From Faecousia sp. (lineage in GTDB: Bacteria > Bacillota > Clostridia > Oscillospirales > Oscillospiraceae), in NCBI GenBank assembly GCA_045595885.1, contig JAZOBI010000052.1, positions 67,961 through 131,960 on the forward strand: DNA of 64,000 bases. The letters run 5' to 3'. The notes beneath the pieces are model-generated. The model was not told the DNA's origin. It worked only from the letters and a program-made list of their open reading frames with translations, and searched no databases. Both the position numbers and the translations under genes were made by a program. Shown piece by piece: positions 29,977-40,845 of this stretch (position 1 is its first letter; each line of letters begins with the position of its first letter).

Positions 29977-30030
29977 AATCTACCTCCTGTTTTTATTAGC
30001 ATAACCCATTTACATTTCTATAATTCATAC

Positions 30031-30059
30031 TTGCATATCGAAATATTTTGCTGTATAAT
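30031..30059 (+). promoter_or_regulatory. sigma-A promoter
   Basis: TTGCAT-17 bp-TATAAT. Confidence 0.65.
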
Positions 30060-30074
30060 AACCGGGGTGATTTT

Positions 30075-30548
30075 ATGGGCTCCAAAACCAATGCTGTTCG
30101 GCTTGTGGTTCAGGCGGGAATTCCCTGCCGGGAAGCTTTTTATGATTATGATGAAACCGATCTTCGTGGCACTCACGCAGCGAATGCTTTGGGATTGCCC
30201 CATGAAATGGTTTTCAAAACGCTGGTCGCCAGAGGGGAACGTACCGGAATTCATGTGTTCTGTATTCCCGTTTGCTGTGAGCTGAACCTGAAAAAAGCAG
30301 CCAAGGCTGCCCGCGATAAGAATATGGAGCTCATCGCCGTAAAGGATCTGCTTCCATTGACCGGGTATATCCGCGGTGGATGCAGTCCCGTGGGTATGAA
30401 AAAGCACTACCCCACATATTTCGATGAAACGGCCCAACTTTGGGAGGAAATCGCCGTTTCTGCAGGCGAACGAGGTCATCAGATCATCCTGTCTCCAATC
30501 GCTTTGGCTAAATTGGTGGATGCTGAATTTGTTGATATTATTCTGTAA
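30075..30548 (+). CDS. ybaK: Cys-tRNA(Pro) deacylase YbaK/EbsC
   Basis: KTNAVR, VFKTLV, TGYIRGGCSPVGMKK, VSAGERG. Confidence 0.93.
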   Translation: MGSKTNAVRLVVQAGIPCREAFYDYDETDLRGTHAANALGLPHEMVFKTLVARGERTGIHVFCIPVCCELNLKKAAKAARDKNMELIAVKDLLPLTGYIRGGCSPVGMKKHYPTYFDETAQLWEEIAVSAGERGHQIILSPIALAKLVDAEFVDIIL

Positions 30549-30567
30549 ACAGAAAGGAATTTGAATT

Positions 30568-30819
30568 ATGCAATACTCTTACAATACCAATGGCACCTGC
30601 TCCCGTGAGATCCATTTTGAAATCGTTGACGGCAAGGTTCACAATTTGTACTTTGTCGGCGGCTGCAACGGCAATCTGCAGGGTATCGGCAAGCTGGTGG
30701 AAGGCATGAATGTGGACGAAGTCATCGCCCGTGTGGAAGGCATCAGCTGCGGCGGTCGCCCCACCTCCTGCCCGGACCAGCTGTCCAAGGCGCTGAAGGA
30801 AGCGAAGGCAAAGCTGTAA
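30568..30819 (+). CDS. TSCPD-domain protein (TIGR03905-like)
   Basis: GTCS, GGCNGN, GISCG.RPTSCPDQL. Confidence 0.9.
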   Translation: MQYSYNTNGTCSREIHFEIVDGKVHNLYFVGGCNGNLQGIGKLVEGMNVDEVIARVEGISCGGRPTSCPDQLSKALKEAKAKL

Positions 30820-30829
30820 TATAAGATAT

Positions 30830-30855
30830 AGACCACGGAAATATTTCCGTGGTCT
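30830..30855 (+). terminator. Intrinsic terminator
   Basis: AGACCACGGAAA-TA-TTTCCGTGGTCT followed by a T-run. Confidence 0.75.
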
Positions 30856-30910
30856 TGTTTTTTTGATTATCGATGATATAATAGAAAAAAAGAGAAAGAG
30901 GGCAATTTTC

Positions 30911-32251
30911 TTGACGAAAGCAGAATTACATTTTAAGAAAATGACGGAAACTCCGGTTGCCAGACTAATTGTATCTCTGGGCATTCCCACCACCATTTCC
31001 ATGCTGATTACCAGCATTTACAACATGGCGGATACTTACTTTGTTGGAACACTGGGTGAAAGCGCCCAGGCAGCAACGGGCATCATATATACCCTGCAGA
31101 CAATTATTCAGGGCATAGCCTTTATGCTTGGGCAAGGCAGCGGCACCTACATCTCCCGGCATCTAGCCAATCGGGATGCGGATACGGCCAGTAAATATGT
31201 TTCTTCCGCTTTCTTTGCCGGAGGCATTATTGGCATTCTGATCCTGACTCTGGGCCTTACCTTCCTTTCCCCTCTGGTTAGTTTCCTGGGAAGCACGGAG
31301 ACCATCGCCCCTCACGCAAAAGACTACGGCTTTTGGATTCTGCTGGCAGCGCCCTTTATCATCTGCTCCATGATACTGAACAACGCGCTTCGGTTTGAAG
31401 GTCGGGCCATTTATTCCATGGTCGGCCTTACTACCGGCGGTGTACTGAACATTATCGGTGATTATTTCCTGGTAGTAAAGTGCAATATGGGTGTATACGG
31501 CGCCGGTCTGGCTACTGCCGTTTCTCAGTTGATCAGCTTTATCATTCTGCTGATCATGTTCTTTACCATAGCACAAAGTAAAATACGATTCCGCTTTGTC
31601 AGTCACAAGATTAAAGATTATTTGAACATCTGCCGCGTTGGATTACCTTCTTTGATCCGCCAAAGCCTGACTTCCGTAACCACCGGTGTACTGAACAATT
31701 TGACAAAGCCCTTCGGTGATGCCGCAATCGCAGCCATGAGCATTGTCAGCCGCTATTCCATGTTCCTTATGTGTGTTGGTCTGGGAATGGGCCAGGGTTT
31801 CCAGCCTGTCGCAGCCTTCAATTATCAGGCCGGAAAATACAAGCGGGTAAAGCAGGGACTGACCTTCACCATGTGTTTTGGCCTGGTGTTTATCGGAACC
31901 ATCTCCATTCTCAGCATTTTGTTTGCTGATCCCATCATTTCTCTGTTCCAAAAGAGTGCTGAGGTTCGGCAAATCGGCAAGGTTGCGCTGCGATATGCAG
32001 CAATCGGTATGCTGTTTATGCCCTTTTCTGTGCCGGTCAATATGCTGTACCAAAGTATCCAGAAGCCCGCCATCTCTTCCTTCCTTTCTCTGGTTCGTGC
32101 CGGCGCGATTACCATACCAATGCTCCTGATCTGCGTTCCCCTGCTGGGTCTGACCGGTGTGCAAATCGCGCAACCCACGGCAGATCTCCTGGCCGGTTGC
32201 ATCAGTATCCCCTTTATTATTCATTTCCTGTATAAACATCCCAATGAATAA
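30911..32251 (+). CDS. MATE-family efflux transporter
   Basis: IYNMADTYFVG, LNIIGD, GAGLATAVSQ, GQGFQP; start (TTG 30911) uncertain. Confidence 0.9.
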   Translation: MTKAELHFKKMTETPVARLIVSLGIPTTISMLITSIYNMADTYFVGTLGESAQAATGIIYTLQTIIQGIAFMLGQGSGTYISRHLANRDADTASKYVSSAFFAGGIIGILILTLGLTFLSPLVSFLGSTETIAPHAKDYGFWILLAAPFIICSMILNNALRFEGRAIYSMVGLTTGGVLNIIGDYFLVVKCNMGVYGAGLATAVSQLISFIILLIMFFTIAQSKIRFRFVSHKIKDYLNICRVGLPSLIRQSLTSVTTGVLNNLTKPFGDAAIAAMSIVSRYSMFLMCVGLGMGQGFQPVAAFNYQAGKYKRVKQGLTFTMCFGLVFIGTISILSILFADPIISLFQKSAEVRQIGKVALRYAAIGMLFMPFSVPVNMLYQSIQKPAISSFLSLVRAGAITIPMLLICVPLLGLTGVQIAQPTADLLAGCISIPFIIHFLYKHPNE

Positions 32252-32255
32252 GAAC

Positions 32256-32285
32256 AATAGGTGACAGAGTATTCTGTCACCTATT
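32256..32285 (+). terminator. Intrinsic terminator
   Basis: AATAGGTGACAGA-GTAT-TCTGTCACCTATT. Confidence 0.7.
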
Positions 32286-32366
32286 TGTTATTTTTTCGAA
32301 AACCTCTTGTAATTTTCTGTAATTTGTGGTATCATTTTTGTAACTTTTATAAAGATGGGTGATCAT

Positions 32367-33248
32367 ATGATTATAGAGATGTTCAATGGATGGTACTTTT
32401 TCTGGATATTTGTTCAGATAGCATTATTCCTGGAGTTGTATTTCGCCTTACGCCTAGCCAGCAAAAAAGTTCAAAAGTGTGTTCTGTTTTGTTTGCTTCT
32501 TGTGGGGCTGGCGCTGCATTTTTTGAAAATGTATATTCCTCCATACTCTGTGGATGAAGCAAGAATGCTGCGGGATTCCTGGTTTATCAATATTTGCGGC
32601 GCGAATATCGCTTTATTTCCTTTCTTGTTTTTCAGTAAGAACAAATACATCAAGGACTATATGTTCTATATTGGGTTAATTTCCGGTATGATCGTGCTGT
32701 TCTATCCTCAGGAACCCCTGGCAAAACTGAATCAGTCAGGTGAGTTTTGGGACATTATGCGGTTTTACTTCCACCACTGGATGATTATGGCGGTTCCGCT
32801 TCTGATGGTCATGCTAGGATTGCATCAGCTCAGCTACAAACGGGTTTTGTCTGCTCCCATCGGGTTGCTTCTGGTGATGTTGTTTATCATGCTCAATCAA
32901 ATATTCCAAAGCGAGCTGGGTTTCATCCCGCTTCGTGGCGATGATTTGCTGAAAATCAATTACAAAAATACGTCATACATATGGGGTCCCATAGATAATG
33001 ATGCCATTGGCAGTTTCCTGGCATCATTCTGTCCGGATTTCTTTAAGACCATCCCGGTAGGTGAATATGCGGGGCAGAGTAAATATTGGCCCTGGTTCTG
33101 GTTGATTTTTCCCTGTTTTATTCTGGTTACACCCATGGCATTTGGTCTGAGCATGATTTTTGATTACAAAGCATTCGGAAAGGATGTCAAAACACTCTTT
33201 CATCATAAAAGAAAACATTCCGAAAATCAAATCAGAAACAGAGCGTAG
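32367..33248 (+). CDS. Integral membrane protein, possibly YwaF/TMEM164-like
   Basis: About 7 TMs; FINICG, RFYFHH and NYKNTSY resemble the family's C, H and NY motifs. Confidence 0.6.
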   Translation: MIIEMFNGWYFFWIFVQIALFLELYFALRLASKKVQKCVLFCLLLVGLALHFLKMYIPPYSVDEARMLRDSWFINICGANIALFPFLFFSKNKYIKDYMFYIGLISGMIVLFYPQEPLAKLNQSGEFWDIMRFYFHHWMIMAVPLLMVMLGLHQLSYKRVLSAPIGLLLVMLFIMLNQIFQSELGFIPLRGDDLLKINYKNTSYIWGPIDNDAIGSFLASFCPDFFKTIPVGEYAGQSKYWPWFWLIFPCFILVTPMAFGLSMIFDYKAFGKDVKTLFHHKRKHSENQIRNRA

Positions 33249-33268
33249 TCCATGACTGCGCTCTGTTT
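33236..33268. terminator. Bidirectional terminator
   Basis: AAACAGAGCGTAGTC-CAT-GACTGCGCTCTGTTT. Confidence 0.7.
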
Positions 33269-33269
33269 T

Positions 33270-33962
33270 TTAAGCGGAAACAGAATCCTCTTCCTGCTCT
33301 TTGCAAAGTATTCGATAATATACAACGCCTGCCGCGGTCAAGAGAATCGTGATTCCAAGCATAAGAGCAGAGAGCAAGTAATTTTCCTCACCTGCAGCCG
33401 CGCCGGTTGCGGTAGAAGTTACCAAAGATGGTAATCTGCCCACTGCTACAATGAGCATCCAGTTTTTTAGTGAGATCTGAGTAAGTCCCACAAAATAACT
33501 TAGAAAATCTTTGGGTGTTCCCGGAATCAGCATCAGCAAGAAGGCAAGGGTCTTTGTCTTTTTGGGATTTTTCAGAAAAGAAAACCGTCGAATTTTATCT
33601 GCCGGGAAAAAGACCGCCACCAATTTCACACCAAATTTTCGAACCAGCAGAAAAACCAGCAGGCTGCCAATCAAAAAACCCAGAAGGGTCAGCAATGTGC
33701 CCTCTATAAAGCCAAAAGCATAACCAGCTGCCAGTTCAATGGGTTCCCCGGGAATAAAGGCTATGATGACCTGCAGCACTACCATGCCAACAAAAATCAA
33801 TCGACTCCAAATTCCCCAATAATCTACCATCGCCTGAAACTGCGCTGGGTTCTCAACCAAACGAACCATGGGAACACCTGCAAAATATCCAACAGCTCCA
33901 CAGAAAGCAATAAAAATCAACAGGGCAAGAACGGATATAAACTTTTTGTGTCTATCAGTCAC
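33270..33962 (-). CDS. TVP38/TMEM64 (VTT/DedA-like) membrane protein
   Basis: LQVIIAFIPGEPIELAAGYAFG, LIPGTPKD. Confidence 0.9.
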   Translation of the reverse strand: MTDRHKKFISVLALLIFIAFCGAVGYFAGVPMVRLVENPAQFQAMVDYWGIWSRLIFVGMVVLQVIIAFIPGEPIELAAGYAFGFIEGTLLTLLGFLIGSLLVFLLVRKFGVKLVAVFFPADKIRRFSFLKNPKKTKTLAFLLMLIPGTPKDFLSYFVGLTQISLKNWMLIVAVGRLPSLVTSTATGAAAGEENYLLSALMLGITILLTAAGVVYYRILCKEQEEDSVSA

Positions 33963-34012
33963 AGCGACACCTCCCCACGTTTATATTATAGCAGCAAAAT
34001 AGACAAAAATAT

Positions 34013-34034
34013 AGCCCTTCCATAAGGAAGGGCT
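34013..34034. terminator. Hairpin after the clp/lon/engB operon
   Basis: AGCCCTTCC-ATAA-GGAAGGGCT. Confidence 0.6.
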
Positions 34035-34057
34035 GATATTATGAAAAATTACTGTCT

Positions 34058-34543
34058 TTATCCCCTTTTTTTCAGCAGTCTATTCCACATTTTCCGCAGG
34101 AAAGAAGGCTCATTGGCAGGAGAAAGGATCTCTTCTTCCACCAGTGGTTCATCAAGCACCCAGGGAAGGTCAAAAGAACCGACACTAAGAACAAAGATGG
34201 GTCCGGGACATTCCGTATTGATCATGGAGACGGCATGAGGCTCCGGATCAATACGAACACCACAGTCCAAAATTGGGCTTTTGCCATATTGAAGAATGGT
34301 TCCGCTGACGGCATACAAAACCATCACATTGGTGGCGGTAAAAGGCATCAGCTCATCCGGCGCTTCAATATCAATTCCAAATTGCGCTAAAAATGGCCGC
34401 AATTTTGGGATGGAATGATCCACAGCAGCATAGAAATTCCGGCAATAAGCGCAATCACAATGCTCCCTTGCCTCGGATGCGGAATATTCCATGGTGCGTT
34501 CCATGTCGATATCAAACTTCCAATCACCGATTTGAAGGATCAC
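34058..34543 (-). CDS. Hypothetical protein with a CxCxxC motif
   Basis: HCDCAYCRNF; RBS and tight spacing behind engB. Confidence 0.75.
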   Translation of the reverse strand: MILQIGDWKFDIDMERTMEYSASEAREHCDCAYCRNFYAAVDHSIPKLRPFLAQFGIDIEAPDELMPFTATNVMVLYAVSGTILQYGKSPILDCGVRIDPEPHAVSMINTECPGPIFVLSVGSFDLPWVLDEPLVEEEILSPANEPSFLRKMWNRLLKKRG

Positions 34544-34547
34544 GGGA

Positions 34548-35132
34548 TCACTCCTTCACCGTGCTTAAAATCATGCGAACCAGATCATCCTTGCCATTAC
34601 CTTTCTCCGCGGAGAACGGAATGATGGGGGTACCCTCAGCCAATCCCAGGTCTTCCCGGATGGTGACAAGATTAGGTTCCAGCTCACTCTTTTTTAACTT
34701 ATCCATCTTGTTTGCCACCACAACGAAGGGGCATCCGCTTTGGATAAACCACTCAGCCATGGTGATGTCGTTTTTCGTGGGCGGATGGCGGTAATCCACG
34801 ATCAAAATACCCAGATCAATACGACCCGCGGCAAAATAATCCTCCATCAGCTTACCCCAACGCTCTTTTTCTTTCTGCGACACTTTGGCATAACCATAGC
34901 CTGGCAAGTCCACAAAGTAGCACTTATTATCCACAGTAAAGTAATTGACATGGATGGTTTTGCCTGGTTTGTCACCCACTCTGGCAAAATTCTTACGGTT
35001 CAACAAGCGATTGATTACCGAAGATTTGCCCACATTGGATTTTCCGGCAAAGGCAATTTCCGGCAGACGGTCCTTGGGAAAATCCTTTGTTGAGGCTGCT
35101 GAGATCAAAAATGCCACATTGTTGAAATTCAT
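34548..35132 (-). CDS. engB: Ribosome biogenesis GTPase EngB/YsxC
   Basis: GKSNVGKS, PGKT, DLPGYG, NKMD. Confidence 0.95.
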   Translation of the reverse strand: MNFNNVAFLISAASTKDFPKDRLPEIAFAGKSNVGKSSVINRLLNRKNFARVGDKPGKTIHVNYFTVDNKCYFVDLPGYGYAKVSQKEKERWGKLMEDYFAAGRIDLGILIVDYRHPPTKNDITMAEWFIQSGCPFVVVANKMDKLKKSELEPNLVTIREDLGLAEGTPIIPFSAEKGNGKDDLVRMILSTVKE

Positions 35133-35141
35133 ATCGTCACC

Positions 35142-37541
35142 TCACTGCCGAATACTGGGTTTGTGGGATTTTTTGCCTTCATGGGGCAAAACAGGAAGCA
35201 TGGTATTTACGGCCTCATTGGTTCGAACAAGAGCAGTATCCAAAACCGTTTCCATTTGGCGTGCCGTGACAAAATTCAAGGACTTTCGAACAGTCTGATC
35301 GATTTCTTCCAAATCTCTCACATTGTCCTCCGGAATAATGACGGTGGAAATGCCGTGGCGCAGAGCAGCCATGGTCTTTTCCTTCAAACCACCGATTTGC
35401 ATAACACGGCCACGAAGACTGATTTCACCGGTCATGGCAATATCCCTGCGAACCGGTGTGCCGGTAAGCGCGGAAACCATGGCGGCACAAACCGTAATGC
35501 CGGCAGAAGGGCCATCCTTGGGCACAGCGCCCTCCGGGAAATGAACATGGATATCTTTGGTCTTATAAAAATCCGCGGCGATACCAAGCCTCAAAGCATT
35601 GGCACGGATATACGAGAGAGCCGCATGAGCGGATTCCTTCATCACATCGCCCAAATTACCGGTCAGCTCCAGCTTGCCGGTACCATCCATCACATTGACT
35701 TCCACTTCCAGGGTTTCTCCGCCTACGGAAGTCCATGCAAGGCCGGTGACGAGGCCGATTTCATCTCCATGATTCAGTCGGTCCGGCAGGAATTTGCGGA
35801 CACCCAGATAGGTCTCCAGATTACCGCCGTTAATGCTGGCGGATTTTACAGCAGGATCCGATACGAGCAGCATATCCACCTTACGGCACAGTTGCGTGAT
35901 GCAACGTTCCAGATTGCGAACACCGGATTCCCGGGTGTAGCAGGAAATCATTTCACGAATGGCGTCATCCGACAGCTTAACCTGGCTCTTTTTCAAGCCA
36001 TGTTTCGCCAGCTGTTTGGGCAGCAAATGATATTTCGCGATCATCAGCTTCTCTTCATCGGTATAAGAGCCCAGCTCAATGATTTCCATACGATCCAGAA
36101 GCGGACGAGGCACGGTGTCCAATGTATTGGCAGTGGTGATAAACAGGCAATTACGCAGATCCACGGGAATTTCCAGATAATGATCCCGATAAGTCTTATT
36201 TTGCTCCGCATCCAACACTTCCAGCAGCGCTGCGCTTGGGTCACCGCGATGATCAGCGCCCAGCTTATCAATTTCATCCAGCAAAAGCAGCGGATTCATG
36301 GAGCCGGCCTGCTTCACAGCGGTCATAATGCGGCCCGGCATAGCGCCAACATAGGTTTTTCGATGGCCACGGATCTCCGCTTCATCATGAACGCCGCCCA
36401 GTGCAATACGAGCCATTTTCCGATTCATTGCCCGGGCAATAGAGTATGCGATGGAAGTTTTACCAACGCCCGGAGGTCCAACCAGGCAGAGAATCTGCGG
36501 AGGCATTTCCGGTGCCATCTGACGGACGGCTACCATCTCCAAAATGCGCTGCTTGACTTTTTCCATGCCGAAATGATCCTTGTCCAGCACCTTACGGACC
36601 CGATCGACATCCACTTTCTCTTTGGTGGTTGTATTCCAGGGCAATTCCAGCACAGTATCCAGATAATTACGCAAAACAGAGGCTTCCGCAGAGCCAAAAG
36701 ATTGCTTTTTCAGACGATCCACATCCTTCAAAAGCTTGGTTTCTGTTTCCTCATCCAGCTTCAAACCTTTGATTTTAGTGGCATATTCTTCAAATTCAGA
36801 CTGCTCATCACCTTCACCCAGTTCCTGGCGAATGACGCGCATCTGTTCCCGAAGATAATAGTCCTTCTGATTTTGATCCATGTTCACATGGGTCTTTTCC
36901 TGAATATCTGCCTCCAGTTTCAGCAGTTCCAACTCCCGGCTCAAAAGTCGAACGGCATTTTCCAGCCGCTTAACGGGATGAAGCTGGCACAAAAGTTTCG
37001 CCTTTTCGGGATAATCAATTCCGGAATTTTGAGCGATGCAGTCAGCAATAAATCCGGGATGATTGCTGGAAAGCATACGCATCTGCACCGTCTGAGCGGG
37101 ATGTTCAGACAATTCACAGTAAATTCCATATAGCAGATTAGCATCACGGCAAAGGGCGTCCAGGCGATTATTGGAATGGAAATTGGTTTCCGTTACCGCT
37201 TCGACAATGCCGGAAAGATAGGGTTCTGTCTGCTCCATTTCGGTGATTTTGCCACGGCAAAGTCCGGAAACCAGCACGCGAAGGGTATCACCTTGGTTTT
37301 TCAGTACCTGCTTGACTTTCACAACGGTACCAATGGCATACAAATCGGCCAGCCCGGGATCATCCACCAAAATATCCTTTTGAGGCACCAAAAACAGGAT
37401 CTGATCCCCTTTCATGGCGGTTTCCAGGGCTTTTACGGACTTCTGTCTGCCAATATCGAAATGAACGGTCTGTTCTGGAAAGACTGTCAATCCACGCAAC
37501 GCGAGAATGGGCAGGATTCCGGCTCGAAATTGATCGCTCAT
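35142..37541 (-). CDS. lon: Lon protease
   Basis: LON N domain, GPPGVGKT, LLDEIDK, PKDGPSAG, IGGLKEK. Confidence 0.97.
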   Translation of the reverse strand: MSDQFRAGILPILALRGLTVFPEQTVHFDIGRQKSVKALETAMKGDQILFLVPQKDILVDDPGLADLYAIGTVVKVKQVLKNQGDTLRVLVSGLCRGKITEMEQTEPYLSGIVEAVTETNFHSNNRLDALCRDANLLYGIYCELSEHPAQTVQMRMLSSNHPGFIADCIAQNSGIDYPEKAKLLCQLHPVKRLENAVRLLSRELELLKLEADIQEKTHVNMDQNQKDYYLREQMRVIRQELGEGDEQSEFEEYATKIKGLKLDEETETKLLKDVDRLKKQSFGSAEASVLRNYLDTVLELPWNTTTKEKVDVDRVRKVLDKDHFGMEKVKQRILEMVAVRQMAPEMPPQILCLVGPPGVGKTSIAYSIARAMNRKMARIALGGVHDEAEIRGHRKTYVGAMPGRIMTAVKQAGSMNPLLLLDEIDKLGADHRGDPSAALLEVLDAEQNKTYRDHYLEIPVDLRNCLFITTANTLDTVPRPLLDRMEIIELGSYTDEEKLMIAKYHLLPKQLAKHGLKKSQVKLSDDAIREMISCYTRESGVRNLERCITQLCRKVDMLLVSDPAVKSASINGGNLETYLGVRKFLPDRLNHGDEIGLVTGLAWTSVGGETLEVEVNVMDGTGKLELTGNLGDVMKESAHAALSYIRANALRLGIAADFYKTKDIHVHFPEGAVPKDGPSAGITVCAAMVSALTGTPVRRDIAMTGEISLRGRVMQIGGLKEKTMAALRHGISTVIIPEDNVRDLEEIDQTVRKSLNFVTARQMETVLDTALVRTNEAVNTMLPVLPHEGKKSHKPSIRQ

Positions 37542-37565
37542 AGATTCACCTACTTTCTAAGAAAA

Positions 37566-37590
37566 AAGGGGGTAGTATCCTACCCCCCTT
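37566..37590 (-). terminator. Intrinsic terminator after clpX
   Basis: AAGGGGGTAG-TATC-CTACCCCCCTT with a U-tail on the minus strand. Confidence 0.65.
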
Positions 37591-37601
37591 CCAAAACAAT
37601 A

Positions 37602-38840
37602 TTAAACGCCGATCTGCTTGCGGGGATTGGCAGCATCACAGATCAACTGCGGTTCGGCGCCTTCCAGACAATCGGCGGTGATGATCACCTTGCGAATGGT
37701 CAGGTCCGAAGGGATTCGGAACATAATTCCGGTCATGACTTTTTCCATGACAGCACGCAAACCTCTGGCGCCGATCTGTCGGTCCAAGGCCTTTTGGGCA
37801 ACAGCATCCAGGGCATCGGCAGTTATCTCCAGCTCTACATTATCCATTTCCAATAAGGCAGCATACTGTTTGGACAAGGCGTTCTTGGGCTCGGTGAGAA
37901 TCCGAACCAGATCTTCCTTCTTCAGGTTTTCCAGACAAGTAATCACCGGCAAACGGCCCACCAGCTCCGGAATAATGCCGAATTTCAGCAGATCCTGAGG
38001 CTGAACCTGGGCAAGAAGCTTGCCAACGTCCCGATTTTTCTTGCTTTCCACCGGCGCGTCGAAACCAATGGCAGAACGGTCTGTACGGGATTCAATAATC
38101 TTATCCAAACCATCAAAGGCGCCACCGCAAATAAAGAGAATATTGGAGGTATCCAGGTAGATAAGCTCCTGCTGAGGATGCTTTCTGCCACCCTGAGGAG
38201 GCACACCGGCCACAGTACCTTCCAGAATTTTCAGAAGCGCCTGCTGCACACCTTCACCGGATACATCCCGGGTGATGGAAGCATTCTCGCTTTTACGGGC
38301 AATTTTATCCATCTCATCGATGTAAATAATGCCACGCTGGGCGCGGTCCAAATCAAAGTCAGCGGCCTGCAGCAAACGAACAAGGATGTTTTCCACATCA
38401 TCGCCCACATAACCGGCTTCTGTCAAAGTGGTAGCGTCCGCGATTGCAAAGGGAACATCCAGAATTTTCGCCAATGTCTGGGCGAAGAGAGTCTTGCCGG
38501 AGCCTGTGGGGCCAATCAGCAGAATGTTGCTCTTCTGCAGCTCTACCTCAGAATCTCTGGCCATATAAATCCGCTTATAATGATTGTAAACAGCAACAGA
38601 CAGCGCGATCTTGGCATCTTCCTGACCAACGATATAGCCATCCATGTACTGCTTCATTTCCATGGGCGTCGGCAGGCGCTCCGGCAAAATATCAGCGATC
38701 TCATCCTCCTGCAGCAAATCACAACAGGTCTGAACGCAATCGCTGCAGATGCAGACACCGGGTCCGGTGATCAGCCGAACCTGTCCTTCCCGCTTACCGC
38801 AAAAACTGCAGGAGAGGCGATTTTCTTCTGTTTTCGACAT
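37602..38840 (-). CDS. clpX: ATP-dependent Clp protease ATPase ClpX
   Basis: CSFCG zinc domain, [21 protein letters not shown] loop. Confidence 0.97.
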   Translation of the reverse strand: MSKTEENRLSCSFCGKREGQVRLITGPGVCICSDCVQTCCDLLQEDEIADILPERLPTPMEMKQYMDGYIVGQEDAKIALSVAVYNHYKRIYMARDSEVELQKSNILLIGPTGSGKTLFAQTLAKILDVPFAIADATTLTEAGYVGDDVENILVRLLQAADFDLDRAQRGIIYIDEMDKIARKSENASITRDVSGEGVQQALLKILEGTVAGVPPQGGRKHPQQELIYLDTSNILFICGGAFDGLDKIIESRTDRSAIGFDAPVESKKNRDVGKLLAQVQPQDLLKFGIIPELVGRLPVITCLENLKKEDLVRILTEPKNALSKQYAALLEMDNVELEITADALDAVAQKALDRQIGARGLRAVMEKVMTGIMFRIPSDLTIRKVIITADCLEGAEPQLICDAANPRKQIGV

Positions 38841-38862
38841 GAATATTTACCGCCTTTCGGGC

Positions 38863-39444
38863 TTAATGATGGGCAAGAACACGGTCGATGATGCCAAATT
38901 CCTTCGCTTCATCGGCAGTCATAAAGTTATCCCGCTCGCAAGCTGCAGTAACCTCTTCCACACTCTTGCCGGTGTTTTCCGCCAAAATACGGTTCATACG
39001 CTCCTTGATGGTTTGCAGGCGCTTCATATGGATGGCCATATCCGTAATCTGACCCTGGGTGCCGGCAGAGGGCTGATGGATCATGATCTCAGAATTGGGC
39101 AGCGCCATACGCTTACCTTTGGTGCCAGCACTCAGCAGGAAAGCACCCATGGAGGCAGCCATACCCACACAGATCGTAGCAACATCACACTTGATGTACT
39201 GCATGGTGTCATAAATCGCCATACCGGCAGTTACGGAACCGCCGGGACTGTTGATATAAAACTGGATATCCTTGTCGGGATCCTGGGCTTCCAGATACAG
39301 AAGCTGGGCCACAACCAGGGATGCGGTAGCATCATTGACTTCTTCGGACAGGAAAATAATGCGGTCATTCAGCAAACGGGAGAAAATATCATAGCTGCGC
39401 TCACCGCGGCTGGTCTGCTCAACAACATAAGGAACTAAGGGCAT
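38863..39444 (-). CDS. clpP: Clp protease proteolytic subunit
   Basis: YINSPGG, AASMGA, MIHQP, RDNF. Confidence 0.98.
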   Translation of the reverse strand: MPLVPYVVEQTSRGERSYDIFSRLLNDRIIFLSEEVNDATASLVVAQLLYLEAQDPDKDIQFYINSPGGSVTAGMAIYDTMQYIKCDVATICVGMAASMGAFLLSAGTKGKRMALPNSEIMIHQPSAGTQGQITDMAIHMKRLQTIKERMNRILAENTGKSVEEVTAACERDNFMTADEAKEFGIIDRVLAHH

Positions 39445-39519
39445 GGTTAAAATCTCCTTTCAGGGGTTTCATAGCATTGTAACCATTATTTGGAATCCAT
39501 ATTCCAGGAAATTGTGAAT

Positions 39520-39546
39520 GTAGGGGACGGGTTACCCGTCCCCTAC
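39520..39546 (-). terminator. Hairpin after tig
   Basis: GTAGGGGACGGG-TTA-CCCGTCCCCTAC. Confidence 0.65.
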
Positions 39547-39558
39547 TGAAATTGATAA

Positions 39559-40845
39559 TTACTCAGCCTTGGGGGCCACTGCGACAGCGTTATCGACGAT
39601 GATCTGCACAGCCTTGCGGGTCTTCAGGTTTTCCTCGATTTCAGCAGCGGGGACCATCTGACGGATCTTGTCGACTTCCATCTCATACTGCTTGGCCAGC
39701 TTCTCGATTTCCTCGGTGATCTCCTCCTCGGAAACGGTGATGCCTTCCACCTCAACGATCTTGGCCAGGGTCACATTGACCTTTGCCTGCTTCTCAGCAG
39801 CGGGACGGAATGCATTACGCATGGTGTTCATATCGCCGCCCATCATCTTGGCATACTGATCCATGGAATAACCGCTCATCTGCAGCTGATAAGCAACGCG
39901 CACCATCTGAGCATCCAGCACAGCCTCAATCAGAGCATTGGGCATATCGACGGAAGTGTTCTCGGCAGCCTTATCCACACAAGCCTGCTCAAAAGCGGAA
40001 GCAGACTGCTTGCGGGCATTCTCCTCAGCCTTGGCACGAATGTCAGCCTTCAGCTCATCCAGCGTGTCAAACTCGGAAACATCCTTAGCGAATTCATCAT
40101 CCTGCACAGGGGCAACGGTGGTGGTGACTTTATTCAGCTTCACATGGAAGACAACAGCCTTACCGGCCAGCTCAGCATGATAGTTTTCGGGGAAAGTAAT
40201 ATCAATATCCTTCTCCTCACCGGCGGTCATGCCGACGACCTGCTCTTCAAAGCCGGGAACGAACTGACCGGAGCCCAGCTTCAGATCGAAGCCTTCGCCC
40301 TTGCCACCGTCGAAGGGAACACCGTTATCAAAGCCTTCAAAGTTGATATTGGCGGTGTCGCCCATTTCAGCGGCACGCTCCACAGTTTCGGTGGAAGCCA
40401 CATTCTGAGCCATCTGATCCAGCTCAGCCTGCACCTGCTCATCGGAGATGGTGGTATCCGCCTTGGGAGCCTCAACGCCCTTATACTGACCCAAGGTGAC
40501 CTCGGGATAAACATCGGTGGCGATGGTGATGGTGACGATGTGGTCATCGCTGATCTGCAGATCGGTCAGGTCAGGACGGCCGATAGCCTTGAAGTCCTGC
40601 TTGATGACAGCCTCTTCATAAACTTCGGGGAAGATTTCTTCCAGGCCGTCTTCATAGAAAACATGAGCGCCATACATAGCCTCGATCATCTTGCGGGGAG
40701 CCTTGCCACGGCGGAAGCCGGGGATCTGGATATCCTTACGAGCCTTCATGTAAGCGGCGTTGACGCCCTTTTCCATCAGTTCCTTATCAATTTCGATGGT
40801 GATGGTGGCCTTATTGCCATTTCTTTCAATGTTCTTAACATTCAT
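39559..40845 (-). CDS. tig: Trigger factor
   Basis: IPGFRRGKAP signature; FKBP domain LGSGQFVPGFE, FPENYHA. Confidence 0.97.
   Translation of the reverse strand: MNVKNIERNGNKATITIEIDKELMEKGVNAAYMKARKDIQIPGFRRGKAPRKMIEAMYGAHVFYEDGLEEIFPEVYEEAVIKQDFKAIGRPDLTDLQISDDHIVTITIATDVYPEVTLGQYKGVEAPKADTTISDEQVQAELDQMAQNVASTETVERAAEMGDTANINFEGFDNGVPFDGGKGEGFDLKLGSGQFVPGFEEQVVGMTAGEEKDIDITFPENYHAELAGKAVVFHVKLNKVTTTVAPVQDDEFAKDVSEFDTLDELKADIRAKAEENARKQSASAFEQACVDKAAENTSVDMPNALIEAVLDAQMVRVAYQLQMSGYSMDQYAKMMGGDMNTMRNAFRPAAEKQAKVNVTLAKIVEVEGITVSEEEITEEIEKLAKQYEMEVDKIRQMVPAAEIEENLKTRKAVQIIVDNAVAVAPKAE

Noticed and set aside
29194-30285. 363-aa plus-strand ORF spanning tepA and ybaK
   Set aside because: Antisense to tepA and out of frame with ybaK; no motifs
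35163-37133. 656-aa antisense ORF over lon, and similar shadows over ftsK, coaX, clpX, msmX and the dipeptidase
   Set aside because: They lie wholly opposite well-conserved genes and have no independent signals
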